Shown here: in pieces, positions 8,021-17,589 of the stretch
Layout: each line of letters begins with the position of its first letter
Numbering within the stretch: position 1 is the stretch's first letter
Assembly: GCA_026394195.1 (NCBI GenBank)
Contig: JAPKYS010000023.1
Location: 333,339 to 397,338, forward strand
Source: a bacterium
GTDB taxonomy: Bacteria; Electryoneota; B3-LCP
DNA length: 64,000 bases
Direction of reading: 5' to 3'
The notes under the pieces: generated by a model
Databases searched by the model: none
Told to the model about the DNA's origin: nothing
Seen by the model: only the letters and a program-made list of their open reading frames with translations
Translations under genes and position numbers: made by a program

Positions 8021-10381
8021 ATGAAAATGGACGCAGGTACACCTAAGGAAAATCTTAATAATCTCAATATACCGACCGAGCTGCCGGTTATGCCGCTAAG
8101 AGACATTGTCCTCTTTCCCGGCACCGTCTATCCTCTGTTAATTGGCAGACCCGGCAGTTTAAAGGTCATTGAGGAGGTTCTTAACAAAGAGCGGTTTATC
8201 GCGCTATTATCCCAGAATGACCCACAAGTGGAAGAACCTAATTCTGAGACCCTCTATCACATCGGAGTTGCCGGGCGTATCACGCAGTTACTCAGGCTTC
8301 CCACGGGAATGACCAAGGTTCTCGTCGAAGCGGTATCTCGGATTGAAGTAACGGAATTTTTTCAGAAAAACGAACTCTTGATGGCAAAGTTGAGCCCCTT
8401 TACACCGGAGATCGAGAATAGCCGTCGAGTCCTGGCTGCACTGCGTCGTGCCACTTCCGTATTTAAAGAATACACCGCTCTTAATCAGAATGTTCCGGAC
8501 GAGATACTACTCGGATTGGAACAGATACAACTTCCGCAACAGATTGCTGATTACATCGCGGCCTACATCGAATGTGAATACAAGAAGAAACAGGTTATTC
8601 TGGAGTACAATGACCTCTATCAGCAGCTGCTTTCGCTCACCAAGCTTCTCAGGGAAGAAATCGATATCCTGAAGATCGAGAAATCGATTGATAATCTGAC
8701 TCGGGATAAGTTGGCAAAATCTCAGCGAGTCTACTATCTGCAAGAACAAATGAAGCTGATCAGGCGCGAGTTGGGCGATGAAGGCGAGGACGAGGATGAG
8801 GATGCCATCGTTGAATATCGAGAGAAGATCCGTAAAGCCCGGATGCCCAAAGACGTCAAAGAGAAGGCGTACGAAGAACTCGAGCGATTGACAGGTATGG
8901 CTGACCTATCCCCTGAGGCAACGGTTGTTCGCACCTACCTCGATTGGATATGTGGTCTGCCCTGGTCCAAGCGCACCAAGGATAACCTGGACATCGAACG
9001 CGCCCGTAAAATGTTGGACGATGACCATTATGGCCTGGAAAAGCCGAAAGAACGCATTCTCGAGCACCTTTCTGTCTTGAAATTGGTGGAGCGCTTAAAG
9101 GGTCCGATCCTCTGCCTGATAGGACCTCCTGGAGTGGGGAAGACCAGCCTGGGTAAATCCGTTGCCCGGGCGATGAGTCGTCAATTTGTCCGAGTCTCTC
9201 TCGGCGGGGTCAGAGATGAAGCGGAGATACGCGGGCATCGGCGTACCTATATCGGAGCTCTCCCGGGACGCATCATCCAGTGCATTAAAAAAGCCGGCAG
9301 CAAGAACCCAGTCTTCCTTCTGGATGAAGTCGATAAGATGAACTCTGACTTCCGCGGCGATCCGGCTTCTGCCCTGTTGGAAGCTCTTGATCCTGAGCAA
9401 AACACCAATTTTTTGGATCATTATCTCGATGTGGATTTCGACCTGTCTGAGGTGCTCTTCATTACCACCGCCAATACCGAGGAGGGTATTCCCCTACCGC
9501 TGCTCGACCGGATGGAAGTGATCCGGCTGCCGGGCTATCTGCGAACCGAAAAACTGCATATCGCCCAAAAATTCCTGATGCCCAAGCAGCTCTTGGCGAA
9601 CGGTCTGAAGAATAGCCATCTGGATTTAACCAAGGAAGCGTTGCTGCGCATTATTGATGAGTATACCCGGGAAGCGGGGGTGCGGGAGCTGGAACGCCAC
9701 TTGGCTAAAATATGCCGAAAAGTAGCAAGAAAAGCCGCCGAAAATGAGCTCAAGGGTCGGGAAATGGTCAAGGTACCGAATCTGCGCAGCTTTCTCGGTG
9801 TGTCCAAATATCCGGACCGTCAGTTGCAGCGTACGCCAAAAGTCGGCAGAGCGACAGGATTAGCCTGGACGGCAGCGGGTGGAGAAATCCTTTCCATTGA
9901 CGTTACACTGCTTCAAGGTCGCAATGACATGATCTTGACGGGACAACTGGGCGATGTGATGAAGGAGTCAGCCCGTGCTGCGCTCTCCTATTTAAAGGAT
10001 CGCGCTAAACAGTTGGGTCTTGGTGATGACGCCTTTCGTGGACGCGAAGTTCACCTTCATATTCCGGAAGGCGCAGTGCCAAAAGATGGACCCTCAGCAG
10101 GGATAACCATCGCGGCGGCGTTATATTCCGCGGTTTCCGGAAAACCCCTGTCACAGGAGATTGCCATGACCGGCGAAATCACTCTGCGCGGCGAAATTCT
10201 TGCGATTGGAGGTTTACCGGAGAAACTGCTCGCAGCCAAGCGACATCGCATCAAACGGGTCTTGATCCCCAGGGAAAATCTTCCGCAGCTTTCCGAAATA
10301 TCTCCGGAAGTGAGGCGCGGTTTGAAGGTTACACCGGTATCCAATCTGGATGAGGTGTGGCAAATCCTCAACTTTAATTGA
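8021..10381 (+). CDS. lon: ATP-dependent Lon protease (LonA)
   Basis: N-terminal LON substrate-binding domain. Walker A is GPPGVGKTS. The catalytic Ser motif is KDGPSAGIT and Lys is in KRHRIKR. 786 aa. Confidence 0.95.
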   Translation: MKMDAGTPKENLNNLNIPTELPVMPLRDIVLFPGTVYPLLIGRPGSLKVIEEVLNKERFIALLSQNDPQVEEPNSETLYHIGVAGRITQLLRLPTGMTKVLVEAVSRIEVTEFFQKNELLMAKLSPFTPEIENSRRVLAALRRATSVFKEYTALNQNVPDEILLGLEQIQLPQQIADYIAAYIECEYKKKQVILEYNDLYQQLLSLTKLLREEIDILKIEKSIDNLTRDKLAKSQRVYYLQEQMKLIRRELGDEGEDEDEDAIVEYREKIRKARMPKDVKEKAYEELERLTGMADLSPEATVVRTYLDWICGLPWSKRTKDNLDIERARKMLDDDHYGLEKPKERILEHLSVLKLVERLKGPILCLIGPPGVGKTSLGKSVARAMSRQFVRVSLGGVRDEAEIRGHRRTYIGALPGRIIQCIKKAGSKNPVFLLDEVDKMNSDFRGDPASALLEALDPEQNTNFLDHYLDVDFDLSEVLFITTANTEEGIPLPLLDRMEVIRLPGYLRTEKLHIAQKFLMPKQLLANGLKNSHLDLTKEALLRIIDEYTREAGVRELERHLAKICRKVARKAAENELKGREMVKVPNLRSFLGVSKYPDRQLQRTPKVGRATGLAWTAAGGEILSIDVTLLQGRNDMILTGQLGDVMKESARAALSYLKDRAKQLGLGDDAFRGREVHLHIPEGAVPKDGPSAGITIAAALYSAVSGKPLSQEIAMTGEITLRGEILAIGGLPEKLLAAKRHRIKRVLIPRENLPQLSEISPEVRRGLKVTPVSNLDEVWQILNFN

Positions 10382-10977
10382 TGAAATCTCAAGTACAAGC
10401 CAATTATATCGGCTGTTCACCGAATCCGGCAGTTCTGCGACGCAGCCCGCTGCCGGAAGTTCTATTTATGGGGCGCTCCAATGTCGGCAAATCGTCGCTG
10501 ATCAATTGCCTGGTGAACAGCCGTAATCTGGCGCGAACCAGTTCAACTCCCGGAAAAACCCGGCTGTTCTACTTCTACGAAATTGACGAGCGAATGCTCT
10601 TTGTCGATCCTCCGGGATATGGCTATGCCAAAGTCGCTGAGGCTATGCGAACGCGCTGGATGCAGGAAATGGAACGTTACCTCCGCAAGGCAGAACTGCT
10701 TAAGGGTGTCGTTCTGATCATGGATATCCGGCACGCGCCCACTCCGATCGACTACGAGATGGCGCTCTGGCTGGCTGAAAGCCGCATCGACTTCGTCAGT
10801 ATATTAAATAAGGCTGATAAGCTGTCGCGAAATCAGCGCAATGCAGCGATTAACCGTGTTCATGGCGAGATGAATTTCGAAGGCGCCGGACCGATCATAC
10901 CGTTCTCAGCGAACACGGGTGAGGGGCGCAGCCAGTTATGGAATTCATTGGAAGAATGGATCGGCAGAGTAGGCTAA
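10378..10977 (+). CDS. engB: Ribosome-biogenesis GTPase EngB/YsxC (YihA)
   Basis: G1 is GRSNVGKSS, followed by PGKTR and the G4 NKAD. It overlaps the lon stop, matching the conserved lon-ysxC synteny. Confidence 0.9.
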   Translation: MMKSQVQANYIGCSPNPAVLRRSPLPEVLFMGRSNVGKSSLINCLVNSRNLARTSSTPGKTRLFYFYEIDERMLFVDPPGYGYAKVAEAMRTRWMQEMERYLRKAELLKGVVLIMDIRHAPTPIDYEMALWLAESRIDFVSILNKADKLSRNQRNAAINRVHGEMNFEGAGPIIPFSANTGEGRSQLWNSLEEWIGRVG

Positions 10978-11128
10978 ATTTTCCTACACAACGCCGGAGC
11001 GTCTACATTGCGGTTTGATATCTTACGGTAATACAGTAATTTGGAAAACATCGTAGAATTATTATCAAACCTACTTTATATTGTGTGCACATTTGTTCAA
11101 TCAGCCATCTATTGCGTTAAAAAACTGC

Positions 11129-11157
11129 TTGACTCCTGCTTGTAGAATCGCTATATT
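11129..11157 (+). promoter_or_regulatory. σ70-type promoter upstream of nrdJ (TTGACT-N17-TATATT)
   Basis: -35 at 11129-11134 and -10 at 11152-11157. A GGGGGAAAA ribosome-binding site lies before the ATG at 11199. Confidence 0.5.
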
Positions 11158-11198
11158 GTCCCTCGCCTCAAAAACCACACTACAAATTCGGGGGAAAA

Positions 11199-13583
11199 AT
11201 GAACGCCAGAACCTCATCCAAAGGTAAATTAGCCACTGATTTGTTCGGCACAGCAGCAACTCCGGTTCACGAAGTAATTGCTGAAGAGGTCTCTGAAATA
11301 CCGACACTAAAAACACCCCCTCCGGACAGCTACACCTATAGTGACAATAGTCTCGCCGTACTAAAACGCCGATACCTCGCAAAAGACTCTCAGGGTCAAG
11401 TCGTAGAAACACCGGAAGAGATGTTCAGGCGGGTTGCCAGACATATCGCCGGCGCAGAAAAGATCTTCAACCCAAAGATCACTCGACAGGAACTCGGTGA
11501 GATTGAGAATACTTTTTTCAACCTCATGGCTTCACTCGACTTTCTGCCGAACTCTCCAACCTTGATGAATGCGGGTCGCGAGCTGGGTCAACTATCCGCC
11601 TGCTTTGTTCTACCGGTTGAAGACAGCATGGAAGGCATCTTTGACGCCCTCAAGTACACTGCTCTGATCCACAAGAGTGGGGGAGGAACGGGATTTTCTT
11701 TTTCCAGATTGCGTCCCCGGGACAGCATGGTGCAATCCACCGCCGGAACTGCGTCCGGACCGGTCTCGTTCATGACTGTCTTCAACGCAGCTACTGAAAC
11801 GGTAAAGCAGGGAGGCACCAGGCGTGGTGCGAATATGGGAATCCTGCGCGTGGATCACCCTGACATTGAACAATTTCTGGATTGTAAAAAGGGCGAGAAC
11901 GCGCTCAATAATTTCAATATTTCGGTCGCAGTCACCGATGAATTCATGGATGCGGTAAAGAACAATTCCAAGTTCGCCTTGCGCGATTCGCGTACCGGAT
12001 ACGTTCTGAAAGAGCTCGAGGCAAAGCAGCTTTTCGATCGCATTGCCGACAACGCCTGGCATAATGGTGAACCCGGAATCGTTTTTATCGACCAGATCAA
12101 CCGCAGCAACCCCACACCCGAATTAGGTGCCATCGAATCAACCAATCCTTGCGGTGAACAACCGTTGCTCCCTTACGAATCCTGCAACCTGGGTTCCATC
12201 AACCTCAGCAGCCTGATCTTGGATGATGGAGTCGATTGGGATCGATTGGAAATGATTATCAAGTTGGCGGTCCGCTTTCTTGACAACGTGATCGAAGTCA
12301 ACAAGTATCCATTGCCGGAAATTGACAAAATAACTCGCGCCAACAGGAAAATCGGCTTGGGATTGATGGGATTTGCCGACCTGCTTTTTCAGTTGGAAAT
12401 CCCCTACAACAGCAGTGAGGGGATCAAGATGGGCGAAGAAATCATGCACTTTGTCCAGCGGGTCTCGCACCGCGCTTCCGAAGATCTGGCCAAGTGGCGA
12501 GGTCCCTTTTCCAATTACGAGCATTCAACCTTCAAGACGCCGATCCGCAATGCCACAGTCACGACAATTGCACCTACCGGGACTTTGTCGATGATCGCCG
12601 ACTGTTCCGGTGGCATTGAGCCTGCATTCAGTCTGATCTATGTTAAAAAGGTGATGGACGGTCAGGAACTGCTGTACGTGAATCGTTACTTCGAGAAGGC
12701 GTTGCAGCGCGCCGGTCTATCCAGCGAATCCCTGGTGGAGAAAATAGCCAATTGCAAATCCCTCGAAGAGATCATCGAGATACCTAAACCTCTGCGCCGC
12801 ATTTTTGTCACCGCGCTGGAGATCGCTCCAGAATGGCACGTCCGTATGCAGGCTGTTTTTCAGAAAGATTGCGACAATGCCGTCTCAAAAACGATTAACT
12901 TCCCCTTCAGTGCAACGATATCCGACGTGAAATATGCCTATATGCTGGCTTATGATCTGGGGTGCAAAGGGCTGACCGTTTATCGTGATGGTTCGCGCTC
13001 CGAACAGGTGATGAACGTTGGCGCCTCGGTTACGCCCACACCCAAGGTGGAAGAGAAGGAAATCCGCCCGCGGCTGCACCCCCGCAAACGTCCTGCCGTA
13101 ACCTTCGGTATGACCGAAAGAGTCAATACCGGCGATGGAGCCATCTACATCACCATTAATGAGGACGAACACGGACCTTGCGAGGTGTTCACCTCCATCG
13201 GTAAAGCGGGCGGTAATTTAGCTGCTCAATCCGAGGCGATCTCGCGGTTGATATCGCTGGCTTTACGTTCCGGGATTGAACCCAAAGAGATTATCAAGCA
13301 GTTACGGGGCATATCCGGACCGAACTCCATCTGGGAAAACGGCACTCTCATTACTTCTGCTCCGGATGCCATCGCCAAGGCGTTGGATCGCTACATCCAA
13401 CGTCGCGCCGCCAACGGCAAGAACGAAGTCGTTGCTCCAATAGTCGTTGAAGAGCAATTGGAGATCATCAAGGATACCAACATTCAGGAAGTTCCCGATC
13501 AGTGCCCGGATTGCGGCGACAAGATCGCTCACGAAGACGGCTGTCTGGTCTGCCGCTCCTGCGGGTTTACCAGGTGTGGGTAG
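11199..13583 (+). CDS. nrdJ: Class II (adenosylcobalamin-dependent) ribonucleotide reductase, monomeric type, with a C-terminal zinc ribbon
   Basis: It contains the NPCGEQPL active-site region. The C-terminus is CPDCGDKIAHEDGCLVCRSCGF. 794 aa. Confidence 0.9.
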   Translation: MNARTSSKGKLATDLFGTAATPVHEVIAEEVSEIPTLKTPPPDSYTYSDNSLAVLKRRYLAKDSQGQVVETPEEMFRRVARHIAGAEKIFNPKITRQELGEIENTFFNLMASLDFLPNSPTLMNAGRELGQLSACFVLPVEDSMEGIFDALKYTALIHKSGGGTGFSFSRLRPRDSMVQSTAGTASGPVSFMTVFNAATETVKQGGTRRGANMGILRVDHPDIEQFLDCKKGENALNNFNISVAVTDEFMDAVKNNSKFALRDSRTGYVLKELEAKQLFDRIADNAWHNGEPGIVFIDQINRSNPTPELGAIESTNPCGEQPLLPYESCNLGSINLSSLILDDGVDWDRLEMIIKLAVRFLDNVIEVNKYPLPEIDKITRANRKIGLGLMGFADLLFQLEIPYNSSEGIKMGEEIMHFVQRVSHRASEDLAKWRGPFSNYEHSTFKTPIRNATVTTIAPTGTLSMIADCSGGIEPAFSLIYVKKVMDGQELLYVNRYFEKALQRAGLSSESLVEKIANCKSLEEIIEIPKPLRRIFVTALEIAPEWHVRMQAVFQKDCDNAVSKTINFPFSATISDVKYAYMLAYDLGCKGLTVYRDGSRSEQVMNVGASVTPTPKVEEKEIRPRLHPRKRPAVTFGMTERVNTGDGAIYITINEDEHGPCEVFTSIGKAGGNLAAQSEAISRLISLALRSGIEPKEIIKQLRGISGPNSIWENGTLITSAPDAIAKALDRYIQRRAANGKNEVVAPIVVEEQLEIIKDTNIQEVPDQCPDCGDKIAHEDGCLVCRSCGFTRCG

Positions 13584-13632
13584 AAAAGTAACAAGAGATA
13601 ACTAAGAATTAAGCAAAGGCGGAACGGTCAAT

Positions 13633-14178
13633 ATGTCTTCAGCAGGCAGCCACTTTCATTACGTCTGCACCCACGCAGAAGCATGGGAACTGATAGAAGA
13701 GCGCTCACAATTCTGGGTATCCAACTGCGGCTGCCGGGAAAACAAGGGGAAATGCGAACGGTCCAGGATGGATCTCTGCCTGCAATTCGCTCCTAATACG
13801 GAAGCGTCGGGTTCGGGTAAGCGAACCCTATCCAAGGCTGAAGTCGCGGGAATCCTGTATGAAGCCTCTGAAAAGCATCTGGTAGCGCGCCCGTTCCATG
13901 GACTGAAAGACTACACCGTCACCGAGGGTATCTGCTTCTGTTGCGACGACTGCTGCGAATACTTCACCAAGCCCGAAGAGAATCACTGCGACAAGGGGCA
14001 GTTCATCGAGCAGACGGATTTTAAAGTCTGCAATCACTGCGGGGACTGCGTTAGCGTCTGCCGTTTTGGCGCCCGCATGATGAATGGTCAGTTATCGGTT
14101 GATCGTGAGAAATGCTATGGCTGCGGTTTGTGTGCGGAACTCTGCCCCCTCGAGTGCATCGAAATGGCAGCGCGATAA
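13633..14178 (+). CDS. Cys-rich protein with a C-terminal 2x[4Fe-4S] ferredoxin domain and an unusual N-terminal Cys cluster
   Basis: The ferredoxin motifs are CNHCGDCVSVC and CYGCGLCAELCP. The N-terminus has CGCRENKGKC and CFCCDDCCEYF. It sits directly downstream of nrdJ. Confidence 0.6.
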   Translation: MSSAGSHFHYVCTHAEAWELIEERSQFWVSNCGCRENKGKCERSRMDLCLQFAPNTEASGSGKRTLSKAEVAGILYEASEKHLVARPFHGLKDYTVTEGICFCCDDCCEYFTKPEENHCDKGQFIEQTDFKVCNHCGDCVSVCRFGARMMNGQLSVDREKCYGCGLCAELCPLECIEMAAR

Positions 14179-14212
14179 CCGGATGGAAACTGGTAGGAAA
14201 AATCTCGACTAA

Positions 14213-14542
14213 ATGAAGACCATTGTACTGCTGACGATCTCGAATATCTTCATGACCATCGCCTGGTATGGCCATTTAAAATACAAAAGCGCTCCTATCG
14301 CCACTGTGATCCTGGTCAGCTGGTTAATCGCATCACTGGAGTACTGCTTTCAGGTGCCGGCGAATCGCATCGGTTACGGTCAATTCAGCGCTGCTCAGCT
14401 GAAGACTATCCAGGAGGTGATAACCCTGGTGGTCTTCTCGTTCTTTTCGGTGTTTTATCTCAAAGAAGAGCTGCGCTGGAATGTCATCGTAGGTTTCGGT
14501 ATGATGGCGGGAGCGGTCTTCTTTATCTTCAAGAAGTGGTAG
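14213..14542 (+). CDS. Small DMT-superfamily-like membrane protein (DUF486-like)
   Basis: 109 aa with 3-4 transmembrane segments. The N-terminus is MKTIVLLTISNIFMTIAWYGHLKY. Confidence 0.5.
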   Translation: MKTIVLLTISNIFMTIAWYGHLKYKSAPIATVILVSWLIASLEYCFQVPANRIGYGQFSAAQLKTIQEVITLVVFSFFSVFYLKEELRWNVIVGFGMMAGAVFFIFKKW

Positions 14543-14561
14543 AATTCGTCGGGATTCTTCA

Positions 14562-14834
14562 ATGTTGGAAATCTTTTTGCCTTACGCGATCTGGCTTGCC
14601 GTCACTGGTCGACCTTTCTTCTGGTATCGGGCTCGGCCTGTGGCGACCCGACCAGTCATCATTGAGAGCACCTGGTGCCGATTCGCGGGTGGTGTGTACC
14701 TGATCAGAATTCTTCTTGCATGGCTGCTACCCTCGTTGCCGCCCGAAGTCGATATTTTACTTTGGGTTTGTTCTGCGGTTCTGTTAACCATTGGAATATT
14801 CGACAGTTTACGGAAGAGGACGGAAGTGCTGTAG
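14562..14834 (+). CDS. Hypothetical small membrane protein
   Basis: Hydrophobic 90-aa ORF codirectional with the preceding gene. No recognisable motif. Confidence 0.3.
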   Translation: MLEIFLPYAIWLAVTGRPFFWYRARPVATRPVIIESTWCRFAGGVYLIRILLAWLLPSLPPEVDILLWVCSAVLLTIGIFDSLRKRTEVL

Positions 14835-14907
14835 CTTCATCCGCTTCATTAAATTTTTATCTTTGGGGAACCTTTCAGTGATCCGGACGTAATTTTAATA
14901 TAATGCT

Positions 14908-15266
14908 GGGGACGACATGGTTTCGACGGGATAGGAGGAAGCTGGATCAGCAGGCCGGGGAATGGCGTGTACCCCGAATAAACTTCGCTAAAACATCAAA
15001 TGCCGACAATTACGGCTACGCCTTAGCTGCTTAAAAAAAAGCAGCTACGCTCCACTCAGTCTTAGCCTATCGGGTTGAGAAGTGAGCGACAATTAGATGG
15101 GCTGGCGTCGTTCTGCGCCTCGGTGAACGAAGCGAGATTCAGAGGCTGGCTGGCGCTTAGATCTGTCGATGGATGTTGGCGCCGGCGAGAATCAAACATC
15201 GACTAAGCCTGTAGCGGGTCCTTCTGCCGCTATTTCGGACGCGGGTTCGATTCCCGCCGTCTCCAC
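14908..15266 (+). ncRNA. ssrA: tmRNA (SsrA)
   Basis: The 5' GGGGACG pairs with the 3' CGTCTCC-A, giving a G3·U wobble in an Ala-acceptor-like stem. The 3' T-arm is GGTTCGATTCCCGCC. The tag ORF is ...GCC GAC AAT TAC GGC TAC GCC TTA GCT GCT TAA, i.e. (A)DNYGYALAA-stop, at 15002-15034. A TATAAT -10 lies at 14899-14904 and a terminator follows. CCA is not encoded. Confidence 0.85.
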
Positions 15267-15267
15267 A

Positions 15268-15304
15268 AAAACCACTTCCAACTTCCGGGGAGTGGTTTGT
15301 TTTT
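15268..15304 (+). terminator. Rho-independent terminator after ssrA
   Basis: AAACCACT-(14-nt loop)-AGTGGTTT followed by GTTTTT. Confidence 0.7.
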
Positions 15305-15318
15305 AATCCTTACGGGTC

Positions 15319-16536
15319 ATGTCCAAATTAACAATCTGCGTCACCAATCAGGATTTTCCAGCAAAAATCCCGCAGACATTTTTCCTTTCGGATGCTTCGC
15401 CGGTCGTACTCTGCGGGGCTGAGGATTTACTGCAGCTCAGGAAAGTCTGCCTGTTAAACTCACGCCAATCACCCCAATTAACCTCACGTCGCAGCTGGAT
15501 CGATGGTACTTTGACGGCGTTGCGACATTTGGATCCCAATAAGACCGCCATTATTTCGAGTGTCGGGACCACACCATGGGATTTTCTTTCCTGGGCGGCA
15601 GCAAAATCGGGGCTGCCGGTGATCCTAATCTTCCCTGCGGGCAGCGCTCAGAATTTCAACATTTCGCGCACGAAAGCCATCGTGGATCTTGGCTTGGACG
15701 CAGATAAAACTCTGGCGTTGAAACCCTTGCGTCTCGGTCCAAAAAGCGTTGCTGAATCCAGCCTCGCTCGGGATCGTTGGGTATTGGCACTCAGCGATCT
15801 GATCTATCCGATCAGCGTCAGACCGAAGGGCAACCTGGTACACTACCTTGAGCACCCTAATCTGTCAGAAAGCTGTATATCTAATGTTTTTGCTACAGCA
15901 TATGAGGATGCCCCGAACATCAAGCGTCTGGCGCGCTTTCACCGGGTTGCCCTTCCCGAATGGTTTGAGGCAGAAGATTATCACTATCACTGGACCAGGT
16001 CTTGTGTCGGACCTTGGCCTGATGAGACTCATGCAGAATATTTCGACCGCCTGACGAAAGCCAATTTTTTGGATGAAGGTGGCTTAAGCACTCTTAGACG
16101 TATTTTGGAAGAAGGAGTTATCCGCTCGTCAGGAAGGATGATCAGAGGGAAATATCCCGTCGTTCCGTTCACTGAGCGTTCACCCTTGGATTTGCCCGAA
16201 TTGCTCAAGTGGAGAGCCGGACTGCGGCATTGGACATTTGAACCTTACGGCATCGGAATCAGAAAAGCAGCCGCTCTAAAAATCGGCGCCAGACCGGTTA
16301 TTTACGCCGGAATCAGCGATTTCGAGCGCATGAGCGATGCAGAAAAACCTTTTTTTCAATTAGCTTCATCCGGAAAGATCGATTGGAGGATGGAAAAGGA
16401 GTGGAGAATCTGCGCTGACGTCATTTTGTCAGATCTGTCAGCGCAGGACGCCGTAGTTTTGGTTTACAACCAGGATGCAGCCCGGAGGGTACAATCCGCA
16501 AGTCAATATGAAGTGATTCCGTTATTGGAAGATTGA
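15319..16536 (+). CDS. Uncharacterised 405-aa protein: N-terminal DprA/SLOG-like Rossmann domain plus an unknown ~250-aa C-terminal domain
   Basis: The segment VCLLNSRQSPQ...TAIISSVGTTPWDFLSWAAAKSGLPVILIFPAG resembles the DprA Rossmann core (AIVGSRxxSxYG...IVSGLARGID..AH..AL..G.TIAVLG.G) in pattern only. The C-terminal half (YHYHWTRSCVGPWPDE...FEPYGIGIRKAAALKIGARPVIYAG) matches nothing I recognise. Confidence 0.55.
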   Translation: MSKLTICVTNQDFPAKIPQTFFLSDASPVVLCGAEDLLQLRKVCLLNSRQSPQLTSRRSWIDGTLTALRHLDPNKTAIISSVGTTPWDFLSWAAAKSGLPVILIFPAGSAQNFNISRTKAIVDLGLDADKTLALKPLRLGPKSVAESSLARDRWVLALSDLIYPISVRPKGNLVHYLEHPNLSESCISNVFATAYEDAPNIKRLARFHRVALPEWFEAEDYHYHWTRSCVGPWPDETHAEYFDRLTKANFLDEGGLSTLRRILEEGVIRSSGRMIRGKYPVVPFTERSPLDLPELLKWRAGLRHWTFEPYGIGIRKAAALKIGARPVIYAGISDFERMSDAEKPFFQLASSGKIDWRMEKEWRICADVILSDLSAQDAVVLVYNQDAARRVQSASQYEVIPLLED

Positions 16537-16539
16537 AAG

Positions 16540-17589
16540 TTATTCTGATTGATCCATTCTACCAGCCAACTGCCCGCAGGCTGCTTTAATTTCTGCTCCC
16601 CGACTGCGCCGAAGCGTCAACGCAATCCTATCCCTAACGAGTACGCTGTAGAACCGGTCCATAATCGCATCCCAATCGGCTCGCGACGGTCTATCTTTCC
16701 CGATGGGATTTAAGGGAATAAGGTTCAGCTTGCAAGGTACCTGAATCAACCATTCTCGCAAAGTTTTGATCATCTCCAGAGTATCATTAATTCCGGGCAA
16801 CAGAGCGTATTCAAATGTGATATGCCCTCCTTTCATTTTCTGGTATAGTATAGCCGCCATGATCACTTCTTTGATAGGATACTTACGGTTGATCGGCATG
16901 ATGCGGTTGCGCAGAGTATCTGTCGGAGCGTTCAGTGATATTGCCATCTTAACCGTGAGCTCTTCTTCTGCCAGTTTCAAGATACCGGGCACGATACCGG
17001 CGGTCGACACCGTCATCCGTTTCTGGGACAACTCCAAGCCATCGGAGACTGAGAAAACTCGGATCGCCTTGACCAGATTATCATAATTCAGGAGGGGTTC
17101 ACCCATCCCCATGAAAACCAGATTACGCAGCGGTGGTTCAGAAGTCATTCGTTGAAAGATAACCACCTGATCGACGATTTCTCCACTGGTAAGGTTACGT
17201 TTGAATCCCAGTTTGCCGGTGGCGCAGAAGGTGCAATCGAGAGGGCAGCCAACTTGAGTGGAGAGGCAGATGGTCGCATGAATTTCTTCAGGTATCCTGA
17301 CGGTTTCGATGTAATTGCCATCACGAAGCCAAAATAGGATTTTAACCGTGCCGTCTGAAGTCGATCGACGGCTGATCTTGGACAACAAGTCGAGTGGCTC
17401 CCAAGGTCGCAGTTGGTCGCGCAACCTTAACGGGAGATCAGTCATCTCATCGAGGGTTTGCACACCGCGCCGGTGCAGTCCTGCAAAGACCTGGCGTCCA
17501 TGGAAGCGTTTTTCACCCCAGTCAGACATTATATCTTGTATCTCGTCCTTGCTGAGGTCTTTTAATGGAACTTTGGATTCTGAGTTCAA
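16540..17589 (-). CDS. rlmN: 23S rRNA/tRNA m2A methyltransferase RlmN (radical SAM)
   Basis: CPLDCTFCATG is the radical-SAM CxxxCxxC motif. The C-terminal Cys is in IKAACGQL. Confidence 0.9.
   Translation of the reverse strand: MNSESKVPLKDLSKDEIQDIMSDWGEKRFHGRQVFAGLHRRGVQTLDEMTDLPLRLRDQLRPWEPLDLLSKISRRSTSDGTVKILFWLRDGNYIETVRIPEEIHATICLSTQVGCPLDCTFCATGKLGFKRNLTSGEIVDQVVIFQRMTSEPPLRNLVFMGMGEPLLNYDNLVKAIRVFSVSDGLELSQKRMTVSTAGIVPGILKLAEEELTVKMAISLNAPTDTLRNRIMPINRKYPIKEVIMAAILYQKMKGGHITFEYALLPGINDTLEMIKTLREWLIQVPCKLNLIPLNPIGKDRPSRADWDAIMDRFYSVLVRDRIALTLRRSRGAEIKAACGQLAGRMDQSE

Noticed and set aside
10978-11198. Cobalamin riboswitch or NrdR box upstream of nrdJ.
   Set aside because: Only 220 nt are available. 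I found a good σ70 promoter and an 8-bp TGTGCACA palindrome, but no B12-box (GCCACTG-like) and no tandem 16-bp NrdR boxes. B12 riboswitches normally regulate B12-independent ribonucleotide reductases, not nrdJ.
14835-16540. Possible genomic island integrated at the tmRNA 3' end.
   Set aside because: No integrase or recombinase is present. No direct repeat of the ssrA 3' end (ttcgattcccgccgtctcca) was found downstream. rlmN, a core gene, follows after a single ORF. The single gene is reported as a finding instead.
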